Shown here one piece after another: positions 1 to 12,662 of a stretch of 64,000 nt of DNA. Origin of the DNA: Gekko japonicus (Eukaryota); contig NW_015176036.1 in assembly GCF_001447785.1 (NCBI RefSeq), positions 131,600 through 195,599 of the forward strand, in the 5' to 3' direction. The position numbers and the translations under genes were made by a program. Under the pieces are notes generated by a model. That model saw only the letters and a list, made by a program, of their open reading frames with translations, ran no database searches and had not been told where the DNA came from. The first letter of the stretch is position 1. Every line of letters begins with the position of its first letter.

Positions 1-72
1 AGAGCATCACTTGCCCCAGAGTCCCTATCTATACCTTGTGGCTAATAGCCACTGATAGACCTCTGCTCCATC
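1..72 (-). mobile_element. CR1 LINE 3' fragment
   Basis: reverse complement resembles the CR1 3' segment at about 34130-34215. Confidence 0.6.
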
Positions 73-406
73 AGTGACGTGAGCAAGCAGGTATTTGAGC
101 ATCCCTATATGTGCTTTCTGCCTTGGAACTTTGGGATCTTTTTGGGAGTTTCTCAGTACCCAAGCAATCAACAGTTCCTAGGATTCTTCAGGGAAAACTA
201 TGTTAACTATAATAAAACCTATTTATGCTAGGAACATAGATAAACTGAGATGTGAAGGGAAAAGAAACATGAGTGCAGTGCTTTTTCACCTTCCTATCAC
301 CTTCAGCACCATTTTCAACCAAAGTTGGTGAGAGAAAAAGAGACTGAATGCTTTTTCCTAGTACATGAGCATAGCTACTAGTCAACATTACAAAGAAAGA
401 AAGACA

Positions 407-466
407 AAGGAAGGAAGGAAGGAAGGAAGGAAGGAAGGAAGGAAGGAAGGAAGGAAGGAAGGAAGG
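407..466. repeat. (GGAA)n microsatellite
   Basis: about 15 uninterrupted AAGG units. Confidence 0.97.
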
Positions 467-485
467 AGAAAGAGGGATCTCTGGG

Positions 486-1208
486 TAGGGATGGGTACAA
501 ACTAAAGTTTGTGATTAATTTTTGCTGTTTTGTGGTTTGCAACTGAAGTTCATGGCAGGTCAACCGGCATGAACTTTCACAATCTTTCAAGCAGTTCGTT
601 GTGGTTCATGAATGGATACATTTCCAGACTTGAAAGCAATCCTCCCCCAACTTGGAGAGATTGCAGAAGAGTGGGCAGCAGGGTGAGGTTCCATGTGCCT
701 TTGGTGTGTATAGCTTGCAGGGGATCCAATGATTCTACACACTTTTGAACCTGCACCTGACATTTTCCCCAAAAGCATTTTCCTGGAGGCATCTTCTTGG
801 GGGGGGGGCATAACTCAGACCCCCTAAATCCAATCTGCACATAACTTGGAAGGTATGTAGAGGAGCATCAGGGGGAAGTTCCGTTTGAGTTTGATGTCTC
901 TAATTTGCACAGGGTCCACTCTATATACTCCTGAACCTGCATCTATCATTTCCCAGATAGCACTTTCCTAGGGGCACCTTCTTTGAGGTGGCCATAACTT
1001 CAACCCCATAAATCCAATCCTCAACAAAATTGGAAGGCTGGTAGAGGAGAGCCAGCTGGAGATTTTATGTGAGTTTGATGTCTTTAGCTCTTGGGGTTTG
1101 TTTTCTAACACATCATGAACCTAAAAGTTTGTGATGGTTCATGGCTCATGAATCGGGCACACCATGAACTGAAACAAACCACATTTCCCCTGTTTGTGCC
1201 CATCCCTA
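486..1208. mobile_element. non-autonomous DNA transposon with TAGGG termini (probably hAT)
   Basis: terminal inverted repeats TAGGGATGGGTACAAAC ... GTTTGTGCCCATCCCTA; diverged internal duplication; no clean TSD. Confidence 0.7.
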
Positions 1209-1213
1209 TCACT

Positions 1214-1552
1214 GTAAGGTTTCCCTTGCTCAAAAGCTAGTTGTATCTGACTCTAGGGGGCGGTGCTCATTTCCGTTTCCAAGCTGAAGGGTCAGCACAG
1301 TCCAAAGACATTTCTGTGGTCTTGTGGCCGACATGACTAATTGGCGAGGCACATGGAACACTGTTACCTTCCCACCGAAGTGGTACCTATTTATCTACTT
1401 GCAATTTCTTGCTTTCGAATTACTAGGTTGGCGGGAGCTGGGGCCAGAGACGGGAGCTCACTACATCCCACAGCACTAGGGTCTCGAACTGCCAAACTAC
1501 AGACCTTCCAGTCTGCAGCTCACTGTCTTAACCTCTGAGCCACCACAGCCCT
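1214..1552 (-). mobile_element. Sauria-type SINE
   Basis: GGTACCTATTTATCTACTTGC core; reverse complement of the copy at 61725; 12-bp TSD ATCCCTATCACT at 1202-1213 and 1553-1564. Confidence 0.9.
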
Positions 1553-1579
1553 ATCCCTATCACTTAGGAAATGTCAAAT

Positions 1580-2215
1580 GGAAAAAAAAAGTCTTTACCC
1601 ATGGCAGAAGATGGCACAGAGGACAGAAGAATCTCCCTGGGGAGAGAGTTCCAGAGCTTTGGTGCCATGATTGAGAAGACCCTATCCCAGGTTGCCACCC
1701 ACCTAATCTCAGAAGGCGGGGGCACCTGAAGCAGGAACTCCAAAGATGACCATAGTGGTTGGGTGGGTTCATAAAGGAGCAGGTGGTCCTTCGGGTATGT
1801 TGGTCTCAAACCATATAAGGCTTTAAAGGTTACCAACAGCACCTTGAATTGTGCCTGGAAACAAATTGGGAGCCAATGTAAATGGGCCAAGACTGGAGTG
1901 ATATGATCCCTGTGACCCACTCTAGTCAACATTCTAGCTGTACAACTGACATTTCTGAGCTCTTCTCAAGGGCAGTCCCATGCAGAGCACATTGCACTAA
2001 TCTAATCTAGATGTAACCAGGGCATGCATCACAGTGGCCAGATTTTTCTTTCTGTCCAGGAAAGGCCATAGCTTGCTAACCAGTGAAAGGTGGTAAGAGG
2101 CACTCGGGGTCACAGCTGCCCAATGCTTATCGCGTAGTAGCCTGGGTCCAAGATCACCCCCAGATTACAGACCTGTTCCTTCAAGGAGAGTGCAATCTCA
2201 TCTAGATCCAGTCCC
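1580..2215 (-). mobile_element. L2-clade LINE 3' fragment (ORF2 C-terminus)
   Basis: HITPVLAHLHWLPICFQAQFKVLLVTFKALYGL motif. Confidence 0.85.
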
Positions 2216-2476
2216 TTCTGTGTAAGTACATTAGGACCAAATGATGCATCCCCTTTTAGCTTGGTGAAATATAGGTACTGCAGAGTTATGCCTGAAGGAA
2301 TTTTCTATTCTTTGGAACTCTCAGAGATGCAAGAAGCCTCCCAGGTTCTGGTCTGGATTTAGCAACTATGCTTGAGTAATGACAAATGGGTAGATATTGT
2401 ACTCCTCTTGTGCTACTGGTGGGAAGAATATAGTAGTTGATCATTTACCTGTACAGTAAAAAAAGTGATGGCAATA

Positions 2477-3263
2477 CAGGCCCATAGCCAGGATTTTGTA
2501 ATTTGGGGAGCTTTCAAATAAGTCAGGGGGCACTAACATCACAAAAATAAAAACATATTTTAAATAAAAAATTTAAAAACTCACGCTCGCCAGTTGGAGC
2601 AGGCAGGAGCAGTTGGAGCAGGCAGTCACTCATCCATGGAGGTCTCCCATGGCAGGGCGAGGGGCTCCAGCAGCAACAGGGCAAGCCGGCGGGTGAGTGA
2701 TCGCTGACATGCCCTGGAAGCCAAGCACCGTGGAGCTGGCCTCCTGTAGTGCTCTGGCTGGGCACCCAAACACAGGAGGAGGCAGAAAAGGAGGAAGAAG
2801 AGACGCCCTGGCCCAAATCACACCGCAACTGCCTCGGTCCCGCGGAAAGTTCCTGCGCTGTCAAAACCCACCAGCTCCACCTTGCCTACTGGCCCATTCG
2901 CCTGACTGCCTCATGCTGCTTCCTGCAGTGGCGGCGACACTCGAGAAGGGGTGGCGATGGTGGGGAAGCAAGCTGCGCTTGGGGTAGGGGTGGCGGCGGG
3001 TCAGCTTATGTGGAAAGGGAAAAGTAGCATTCAGCATTGCTTGGGGCTAGAGGGCTCCTCATCCTAGCCTCGCAGGCAGAGGGGACAAAAGGCTTCCTTT
3101 CACAAGACAGTGCGATGTTGAACACCTACCCCCAACTACTAGAAAAACTTCACAAGCCGCACTTGGGGAAGGGACAGCGGCAGTGGGCCTTGGCTAGATG
3201 GAAGTTCTTCTTAGGAAGTCAGGGGATCAGCCCCCAAAATACCCCAATGTAGGTACAGGCCTG
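2477..3263. mobile_element. non-autonomous hAT element with GC-rich interior
   Basis: CAGGCC...GGCCTG termini; exact 8-bp TSD TGGCAATA (2469-2476, 3264-3271). Confidence 0.88.
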
Positions 3264-5421
3264 TGGCAATATCGCATTACAGAGCCATAAACAGGTAGTA
3301 ATTAGTAGGGTCTTTGCTGCTTTGGGCATTCCATGCAGGAAATCAGATGACTGGCCTTCTCTCCTCATTCTGGTATGTTGCAGTGCAGAATAAGGAAACT
3401 GTCAGGATCTGTTCTGTACGTTTCTTAAACTGCAAAGGCAATAGCATAACATGAAGAAGATAACAGAATACCTACTCCACGTATTTATAAGTGATCAAAA
3501 TGGGCCTTCAGTATTGTTGTATCATACATTTATAATTGAATTGTGTTAAATTATACCATGCTTCCATCCCAGGATTGATTATTAGGCAGGTTTTCAAGAT
3601 GGTAGCTAAAAAGAGAAATATCAGCGTGCTGAAGTGCAACAGGCTTGTCTAACGGCAGCTTGTCATAGGCTCTGCAGCTGTAGACTGTCACAGAAAGAAC
3701 AATCAGCAATTAGATACTCCCACTGGTGGAGGAGAGAATCTAAAACATAGGACTCTGATTCAGTTATTTCTCGATTTAGACCAGGGCCCACGCATAACTT
3801 GTCTGGACCCATACAAACTTGTAACTCTTCCTACAATGCTTGTGCCCAGGAATGCACAGAAGCAGCTACTACTTTGGAGTACAGCTGCTGAGGTTCCTCC
3901 CTGCAGAGCTGCAAGTACAACATATCTGAATAATGAGGTTAGAATTTCAGTAGTAGTTACCTTTAAAAGTATACAGCCATTCAGGACTTGCTTTAGAATT
4001 TCCCAGATGCTCTGCAAAGGATTCAACCCAGAGGTAATTCCTGTGTTTTTAATAAGTGTGGCTAATTCTTTTTATACTACTAACTACTTTTCCATATATG
4101 TCATCCTTTCCAAATAGTCAGATGGTCCTTTGGAAGGCATGAGGTACTCAGGCCTGCTGTGGGTGGATGAGAATTATAGCCTACCATCAGTATAGTAATG
4201 ACTAGCGAATAGCACTGAGTACAAGCTGTTATGCCTTCCAGATTTCATTACCATCTTGGTAGCATGCATGTGTGTTTCTGCAATCTCACATGGTCCTGAC
4301 CGTTTCATATGAAGAAAGGGCTAGCAAAAGTAAACAATGTCCTAGTATGACTCTCATATCCTAATGCACTCAGCCCGCTTGGGAATTTGTGCGAGGTTTG
4401 GAAAAATGATTCATAAGGATGCATTCCAAAGAAATAAGTGTCCATGAATAGACTGTTTTTGCACAATATACCCTTCCAATTCTCTCCTCCTCCAAACACC
4501 CACAATGAGTCACACTGTCAAAGCAAAACACAGCCGTATGCACTTCAAATGTAACAAACGAATCACATAAATTCTTCTTATATAATGCCTGGATACTTAT
4601 TGGTGTCAGAACTGATATTCCTTTTCACATGGAATGAAAGAGCATTCTGATAGCTATGGGATTCCATGGCTTACTTGGAGATTCCACATGTTGACCATCT
4701 GCCAAACTCATGAACAATCCCAAGTGTTTGTGAAAGCAGAGAGAGGTGTACAGCCTTCCTCAAAGGCCAGAGAGCTGTGCCATATGTACATAACATGTCA
4801 CATCTTTTCTTGGTCACAGAAAATGTTCTCTAAACAGCCACAACAAAGGCGAACAGCTCATTTGTGGAGATATATGAAGGTAGAAAGTGATGTGAAGTAC
4901 TTGTGCCTCTTGGCCACTGACTTCTGAAACCTAACTAGAGAGTGGCATTGAGACTTATAGGGCAAATAACATAGAATATGGCAGTGGCAAGATGGAGCTA
5001 CTCTCTTTCCTCAGAGACCTCCTAATTATTGAGAAGCACTTGGAATCCAGTCTAGATTTCTGTATGTCTGTGTATTTATTAATGTGAAGCAATATTTCTG
5101 CGAGACAGCCCTCTGGTTCTTGACTTTCCTGAGTAGCAATAAAGGCATTTCTTGTGGGTCTGCTGTCACCTCCTGAGCCGCAGGCCTACTGTTTGGACTA
5201 CAGTTGCATTGGAGGTTTGGCACAGGTACTGAGGGTGAGTCATGTATGTGCCCAGATTGCCTCTGTGATGAGAAAAACAGACACTTCTAGGTGAAAAAAG
5301 AGCAATTAAAGCATTACCAATAGTTTCAGACCACTTTGCAGCTTGCTGTGGCCATCAACCCAAATGTTTTACTCCACTGGAAGACAAACACACTTTTTAA
5401 AAAGATGAACAAAGAGACAAC

Positions 5422-5818
5422 CAGGGCTATTTTTGGACAGGAACGCACAGGAACGGAGTTCCGGCTGGCTCCCAAGTTGGCCACACCCAGCAGGAACTCA
5501 TTAGCATAATAGGCCACACCCAACAGCAGACACTCATTAGGATTGGCTACATTAGGGGTGTGTGGCCTAACATGCAAAGGAGTTCCTGCTACAAAAAAAG
5601 GCCCTGGGTTTTGACAACAAACAAGGTAAACAGAATAACAAGCAAAAGGTGGGTGTGGCTGGATAACCACACTTCTGGTAACATGGGGGTGTGGCCTAAT
5701 GTGCTAATGAGCTGTGCTGTCAGGGGTGTGGCCCAATATGCTAATGAGTTCCTGCTGTTGGGTGTGGCCTGTTATGCTAATGAGTTCCTGCTGGGCTTTT
5801 TCTACAAAAAGAGCCCTG
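5422..5818 (-). mobile_element. hAT MITE family A (397 bp; strand arbitrary)
   Basis: CAGGGCT termini; TSD GAGACAAC; internal ACTCATTAGCATA/GGCCACACCC repeats. Confidence 0.93.
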
Positions 5819-6742
5819 GAGACAACTAAGTGGGCTTGCAGTAATTATAGCAACAAATCTAGCTAGGAAAGTCTTTATTGGATGGATGTATTCCTTCTTG
5901 ACCTGTGTCTGTTGTGTACTATCTTCCTTTGTTGTTATACATTGATTTTACCATCTAGTAAATGGAAAATGAAACATGTAAATGGATTTGTGGTGTCCAA
6001 AGCCCTATTCATTAAGAAGAGTTAACCTTCAAAACAGGCTAATACCCAAGTTCATTCTTTTTGTTATAACTTTCTTTGGTGAGCTGGCAGATCAATTGAG
6101 ATCATCACCAGAATCTCTTCTTTGGGTGTACACAAGGTTGGTGTCTATTGGTATCACAACTCCTGTTCCAGACCTTTCTCTTGTTATTTTATTCTGCCTT
6201 GCTGATAATAAGTCTGTCAAGCTGGAGAGCTGTGACCCACATCAGCAACCAATCAAGACCCCTTTTCTCTGTAGAGTGTGTAGTGGGTTGTACAGGTTGA
6301 GGATAACACAGGGGTCACACATAACCAAACACGTATGTTTATTTAGTTTGTAAGTGTGACCTGCAGTGCCTTCCCACTCTAATCTGATGGCTGATATGGT
6401 TGCCAGAGCTGAGAGGTATGTTATACTGAATGGTTACAATGCTGGTTCTTTCAGAGTCTCAAACTTCCAAGACAGTCACTAGACATCTTTAACAATTAAC
6501 TGTTTTTATCAAGGAAGGCATCCAAATCCTGCCTGTCAAAAATCAAACTCTATAATCCCTACTGGACTCCCTGTCTAGTCCAGGATACCTCCGATTCCTT
6601 CTCCTTCCAAACCCCAACTCATCAGTTTGTCCATTGATTGTGGACTCTTAAAACTTCTCAGGGTTCCCCCCCCCGTTTTAACATTCCATTTAGTCTTTTT
6701 AAATCTGATTGGTCCACACTGAATGGGTAGAAAAGAGGGAGG

Positions 6743-7244
6743 CAGGGCTTTTTTTGTAGAAAAAGCCCAGCAGGAACTCATTAGTATAATAGGCCACACC
6801 CTGTCTAGTCCAGGATACCTCCGATTCCTTCTCCTTCCAAACCCCAACTCATCAGTTTGTCCATTGATTGTGCATAATAGGCCACACCCCTGATAGCACA
6901 GTTCATTAGCATATTAGGCCACACCCCATGCCTTCCCTTGGCTTGCCTGGACAAGCCGGCCCTTGGAGGGGAGGGGAGGCAGTTTAAACTGTCTTCCCTT
7001 GGCTTGCCCGGGGAAGCTGCCCCTTGGAAACGCCAGGGAAGGCACAGGGAGGCAATTAAAAGCCTCCCCAATCCTTCCAGGCCCGCCCCCGGCCCGCTCG
7101 CCTCGGAGTTGCTGGGGGTTTTTTTGCTCTCCAGGCCTTCCCTCTGTAGCTATGCACGCAGGCCTTTTGGCTGTAGTGGGCATGGCCAACTCTGAAGCCA
7201 GCCGGAACTCCGTTCCTGTGCGTTCCTGCCCAAAAATAGCCCTG
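6743..7244 (+). mobile_element. hAT MITE family A variant containing a copy of its own flank
   Basis: CAGGGCT termini; TSD GAGGGAGG; 6799-6872 is identical to 6569-6642. Confidence 0.92.
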
Positions 7245-7439
7245 GAGGGAGGAATCTTCTCCTATCCATCCATCCATCACAATTTGCATGCCACCTATAG
7301 AACTCTATCCTGAGGGATATTCTCCTGGCCTTTCCTGCTTTTTCAAAGAGGGAGCTATTTTGTTTTATTTATTTATTTATTTATTTTGCTATGTCTCCCT
7401 CTTTTTCTATCTATTTTGGAATATTGGGATTTAGCTGAC

Positions 7440-7810
7440 TGACAGAGGGGCTCCTGCGTCCGGCTGTTGCGAATTCATTTCCGGGCCTGGACCACTCGCA
7501 CTTCCGCACATGCTCGCGGCCTCCGTCCAAGTAGGCTCCGGCCTGCGTCGCTCCGCCTCCGTGCTTGTTGGTCCGGCCTCCTTCGTTCGCCTTTCGCCTC
7601 GCCAGCCGCCGCCATATTCTTTCCGCCGCCATTCACCGTTTCGCCGCCGCTACACAAGGGACGGGTGCCCTCCTGCTCTATTAGCAGGTACCCATTTATC
7701 TAGTCGCCCTTTAACGGGCTTTCGAGCCGCTGGGTGGGCGGGAGCTGGGACGTAGGCCGGGAGCTCACACCGGCCGCGGTGGGGCTCGAACAGCCGAAGC
7801 TGTTTGGCCA
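7440..7810 (-). other. CpG-rich segment: Sauria-SINE-like head joined to a promoter-motif-rich body
   Basis: 7684-7795 aligns by eye to the SINE copies at 1380-1490 and 61790-61900; the rest has two GCCGCCAT(A/T) motifs, CACTTCCG and ATTTCCGG. Confidence 0.55.
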
Positions 7811-8505
7811 GATGTTAATGCAAGCTGCACTTACTGCCTGCGCCACCGCTCCCTTTTTGTATTGTCATTCTTTGTCTTTATTTGCTGTTTTATATCCGCT
7901 GTTTTCATCACTGTTTAAAATATTTTTACATTATTTAATATTTTAACATATTGTTAAGCTGCCATGATGACCTCATTACGGCAGAATGGTGTCATATCAT
8001 TTTTTAAATTAACAAGTGATTACTATTAAAGTAGGAGGACTATTTCATTTGCAGAGTCTTTCACCTCCTGGTAGAGCCCAGTGCAAGAAGTGGAACTGGA
8101 AGGGGCTGCTGATGGTGGCTGTAAAGGGCTTTTAGTTGGCTTTTGAGGCAGGAGAAACAATAAAATCTCTACTGGATCAGATTTCCCTCAGGAGTAATAG
8201 CAGAAGCCTCTCAACATGATCCATCCTATGTCCAGTGACTTTCAGGCCCAAATTAAGTACTGTTTCTGTGATAGCCTGAGTATCTACTTTATGTTACAGA
8301 ACTGAGTTTGTTTCTGTGCACCTTTCCTCCCCACCCCTTTCCTGAAATAAATGCTTTGAAGACATCATGGAGGAAAATAAATTCACATTCCATAGTGAGT
8401 TAGCAGACCACCAACAAAGACAGAAGATTTACATACAAAGCCATACTGATATTTTATCCATCAGAGTGGAGGATTGGGAATAGTGAGGTTGATGCTTTTC
8501 TGCTG

Positions 8506-8709
8506 TAGTGTTGCCAACTCCAGGTCAGGAAATTCCTGGAGATTTGAGGGCAGAACCTGGGGAAGGTGGGGTTTGGGGACAGAACTGACCTCAGTGGGGT
8601 ATAATGCCACAGAATCCACCTTCCAAAGCCGCCATTTTCTCCAAGGGAACTGATCTCTGTAGTCTGGAGTTGTAATTCTGGCATCTCTGTAGTCTGGAGG
8701 TGGCAACTA
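8506..8709. mobile_element. TAGGGTTGCCA-type MITE (degenerate)
   Basis: TAGTGTTGCCAAC ... GGTGGCAACTA termini; body shared with pieces at about 14078, 23135, 55582 and 56700. Confidence 0.7.
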
Positions 8710-8824
8710 TTTTGCTCCAAATTGCCTTTCCCAAACTGGTTTTCCCAAACCAACCAGTAGGTTTTTCATTATGCCATGATTTACATGATATGATGGGTAT
8801 TTCTTACTGGATCATACCAAAGAT

Positions 8825-9221
8825 CAGGGCTCTTTTTGTAGAAAAAACCCAGCAGGAACTCATTAGCATAATAGGCCACACCCAACAGCAGGCACTCATT
8901 AGCATATTGGGCCACACCCCTGACAGCACAGCTCATTAGCACATTAGGCTGCACCCACATGTTACCAGAAGTGTGGTTATCCAGCCACACCCACTTTTTG
9001 CTTGTTACTCTGTTTACCTTGTTTGTTGTCAAAACCCAGGGCCTTTTTTTGTAGCAGGAACTCCTTTGCATGTTAGGCCACACACACCTAATGTAGCCAA
9101 TCCTAATGAGTTTCTGCTGTTGGGTGTGGCCTATTATGCTAATGAGTTCCTGCTGGGCATGGCCAACTTGGGAGCCAGCCGGAACTCCGTTCCTGTGCGT
9201 CCCTGCCCAAAAATAGCCCTG
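8825..9221 (+). mobile_element. hAT MITE family A (397 bp)
   Basis: TSD CCAAAGAT; near-identical inverted copy of 5422-5818. Confidence 0.93.
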
Positions 9222-11589
9222 CCAAAGATTCATCTGGTCAAGCTTCCTGCTTCCAGCAGTGGTTATCCAGATGCGTGTGGGAGCCCACAAGCAAGGTAGG
9301 CATCCTATAGTCCTATAGTCCTCCCTTATTGTGTGTCCTCCACCAGCAATTGATATTCATCTGAATGTAGAAGTTCCAGGAAGATACCATGGTGTACAGT
9401 CAATGATAAATCTACCTTCTATGAATTTGTCCAATCTTGTTAATGCCATCTAAACCAGGGGGCATCACCTTGCCTTGTTTATTCCATAAGTTAATAATGC
9501 ATTGTGTGAAGTGCTTTCTTTTGTCTGTCCTGAATATCAGTTTTACTGGGTGACTTTGTGTCCTAACCTTTTAGCAGAGAAAGAAAAGAAGGAAAACTCT
9601 GCCTCCTTTCATCCTACAGTTCAAAATTGATTATAAAAACACCTCTAAACAAATACTAAACAAAAAATCTTATTTGAGGTTGATACAAACTGGAGATGCA
9701 GGAAATAAAAGGAGTTTGTGTTTTAGAATACAGGAATCTGACAGTACTTTATCAACCTTTTTAAAAAATGAATTATTATTATTTTCTCTTAAAAGGGTGG
9801 GATACAGAAGGAAAAAAGGGGCAGGGGGAAATACAGATTCATCAAATTGGTAACAATTTATGAATTGTTATGTACAACAAGTAAAATTAGATATATTACT
9901 AAATGTATTACATATTTCAAATATAAGTACAAACAATAAAACTTGAATATCACAGAGTTACAAAATTTGGGATAGATTCTATCTTTAAAGAATAGACAGA
10001 AACTTTCCTAAGGTTAACACTAGTCTATTAATGATAGAGGAAATTATATCTTTAACAACTGAACAAACTTCTATACTAAAATTAAATCATTGTAATGATC
10101 TGTTTATCAGACTTGAAGAACATTTCTGTTTCCAGGCTCACTGAATTTGCAAATGTTCATGCCAGCACCTAATGGCATTTTTACCATTGTTACAATCCAA
10201 TAAATTAACCATTTGCTTCCGTCTTTAGTTGTAGGAAAGGGATTAATATTGAAGAGATTGCCACAAAATCTGGACCTTTAGGGTATTTAAACCATATAAC
10301 AACCATGTAACTCTCTACATGTGTCCTTGTTTCCATGTCTGACAGAAGTACCTCAGTCCTTGAATACATTAAATTCACCCAGTGATCACCTTCTGTGCTG
10401 TTCTGTGGCACACATATATTTGACAGTACAACAATGAACTGTGGGAATGAGGATGAGACAATTTAAAATGGCTAATGGTAGGCCAGTTGAACTGTCATGT
10501 TTATGGTGGCCTGAAGCACTTGGCACCATAGCTGGATCAGACCAATGGCCCAACTAAGCCAACATCCTGTTTCATATGGTGGCCAACCAGTTGCCCTGGA
10601 GGGCCAAACAAATAAGGGCACAGAGGTGTGTTTCTATACTTTTATCAAGTGGACTTTATGAGTTTGAGCTGACATGGGATATTTCACAGTGCAATGATAT
10701 AACCAAGAGCTCCAATCCATCCCTAAAAGCCTTCGTTCTATTCCTTCCTACAGTATTTTGCCTTTTACAGAGTGGCCCTCTAGTGTTCATTCCAAATCAG
10801 AACATTTTGCATCCAAAGCAATTCCTGGTTGTAAAAGCTCTCCACATTTAGGGGACCTCATCATATTTTAAAATCAGATTGCAAATTATGTCTAAATTAA
10901 CCCTACAGTAAGTTCTTAAAAACCCACATGAAACTGCTTTGCTTGCAGTCTACAGAATAAAAAAAAGTAAAACAATTACAAAGGTCAAGATGCACGTGGC
11001 ACCTTTTTTGCTGGAGTACATAAGGGTAGTTCATGACAGGAAAATGCCGTACTTATTGAAGCAGAGTACATAGAAGATTAGTCGTCGTGTTATATGAAGA
11101 AGAGTGCTATATGAAGAAGAGTATGACACCTCAGTGCTTAAAGTATTTAGTGAGCCACCATGGTTCCTAATTCTACCTAGACTGTGCATCCTTCTTCTAT
11201 AAACAAAAGAAATCTGCAGGAAAAACACAAGGCAGCTGATTCTCCTCCCTAAGCTTCCCCTGATTTTCCAAGGTGGAAGAGGCTCCACCTCGCTCCTGTT
11301 TGATAGAACATGGAATTAATTAGGAATCATGTTCCTAATTAGAATTTAAAATACATAATCAGTCCAGCATTTGCTAATACATACAAGATTATTCAGTTAT
11401 GTACAGAGTAATTTGTAACCTGGTTGGTGCACCTCCATTCATAGCAAAAGAGGCAGCTGTTCCTTTGCAGCCTTTAGTTCTTAAGGTTCTGCACCTTCCA
11501 TTTTGTGCAGGAATGCAGTACCTCCGTGTCTGCACTTGGAGTGCCTTCTGGATGTCTTTTTATGTGCCTGGTGCATCTCATTATACCAA

Positions 11590-11825
11590 TAAGAACATGT
11601 GGTGCAGTGATTAGAGTGCGGGATTAGGATTAGGTTCTGGGATACCCACGTTTGAATCCCGACTCTGCCATGGAAGCTTGCTGGATGATCTTGGTCCACT
11701 TACTCTCTCTCAGACTAACCTACCACACAGGGTGGTTATTGGGAGGATAAAGCAGAGGCAGGGAGAATGATGTCGTAAGCCACTTTGTGTCCCCAATGGG
11801 GAGAAAGGTGAGGTATAAACAAAGT
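11590..11825 (+). mobile_element. tRNA-derived SINE with L2-like tail
   Basis: A/B-box-like head (TGGTGCAGTGATTAGAG...GTTTGAATCCC); body shared with 37815 and 53872. Confidence 0.75.
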
Positions 11826-12456
11826 GTATGCATGGCTTAATCACATCTTTTTGATTCCAACTCCCAATGCCAGGGAAGTGAAAAGGAGTCAAGGTATAAT
11901 ATCCTGATGCCGATTTTTTTAAAGTCATAGGTAAACTCCCATGCAAATGCCTGAGTAGTGGACTGAATAATCCACTATGGGAAGTAAGGCATTTTTTTTT
12001 AAAGTAGTGGTTTATCCAAGTGGATTTACAGCCTTAACTGTTGGACACACAATAGACACAAATTGAACACTTAACATTCAAGCAATAATTGAAAACTTCA
12101 CTAACTTTGCACTGTATTTGGGCTTTCTTTTAAAAGTTTTAAAAATCACTTATATGTGTGTGTGTGGGGACCTACGATACTCACGAGGGGGGGGGAATAG
12201 CAGGAGCTCCATGTGGTGGAGGAGGAAGCCGCTGCAGGTGAGCCCAGCAGGTGGGCCCACCGAGCCTGCCAAGCCCCCCCCCCGGGCACTGTTCAATTTT
12301 GAAATGGGCAGCTACCGGTGACTCGTTGGAGGAGAAGATAGACGTTTTTAATATCTTGTTTGGGAGAAATCAGGAAATTGTTTTGGACTGTGTTCTGTGA
12401 GCGTAGTCAAGGTCTTGGTTGTTATCCATAAGCACAGAAAAATTATGTATTGGGAC

Positions 12457-12662
12457 CAATGTTCCCCCTAAGGTGAGTTAGTGTGAGCTAGTTCACAGTT
12501 TTTTAGCCTCTGGCTTACAGATTTTTGCCTTAGCTCAGGAAGGATGGCTCCAGAGCAAACTAATTTATGCAGTAGCCATATCACCTGCTCACAACTTCAA
12601 TGCCAGTAGCTCACAGAGTAGAATTTTTGCTCACAGGACTCCACAGCTTAGAGGGAGCATTG
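12457..12662 (-). mobile_element. hAT MITE family C (about 207 bp)
   Basis: CAATGTTCCC...GGGAGCATTG termini; TSD ATTGGGAC. Confidence 0.92.

Noticed and set aside
5326-9299. Recurring ORFs with GVAYYANEFLL motifs
   Set aside because: These are chance translations of the family A MITE internal repeats.
9600-10400. Old L1 3' fragment on the minus strand
   Set aside because: AT-rich with only a faint resemblance to the CCHC region; too degenerate to call.
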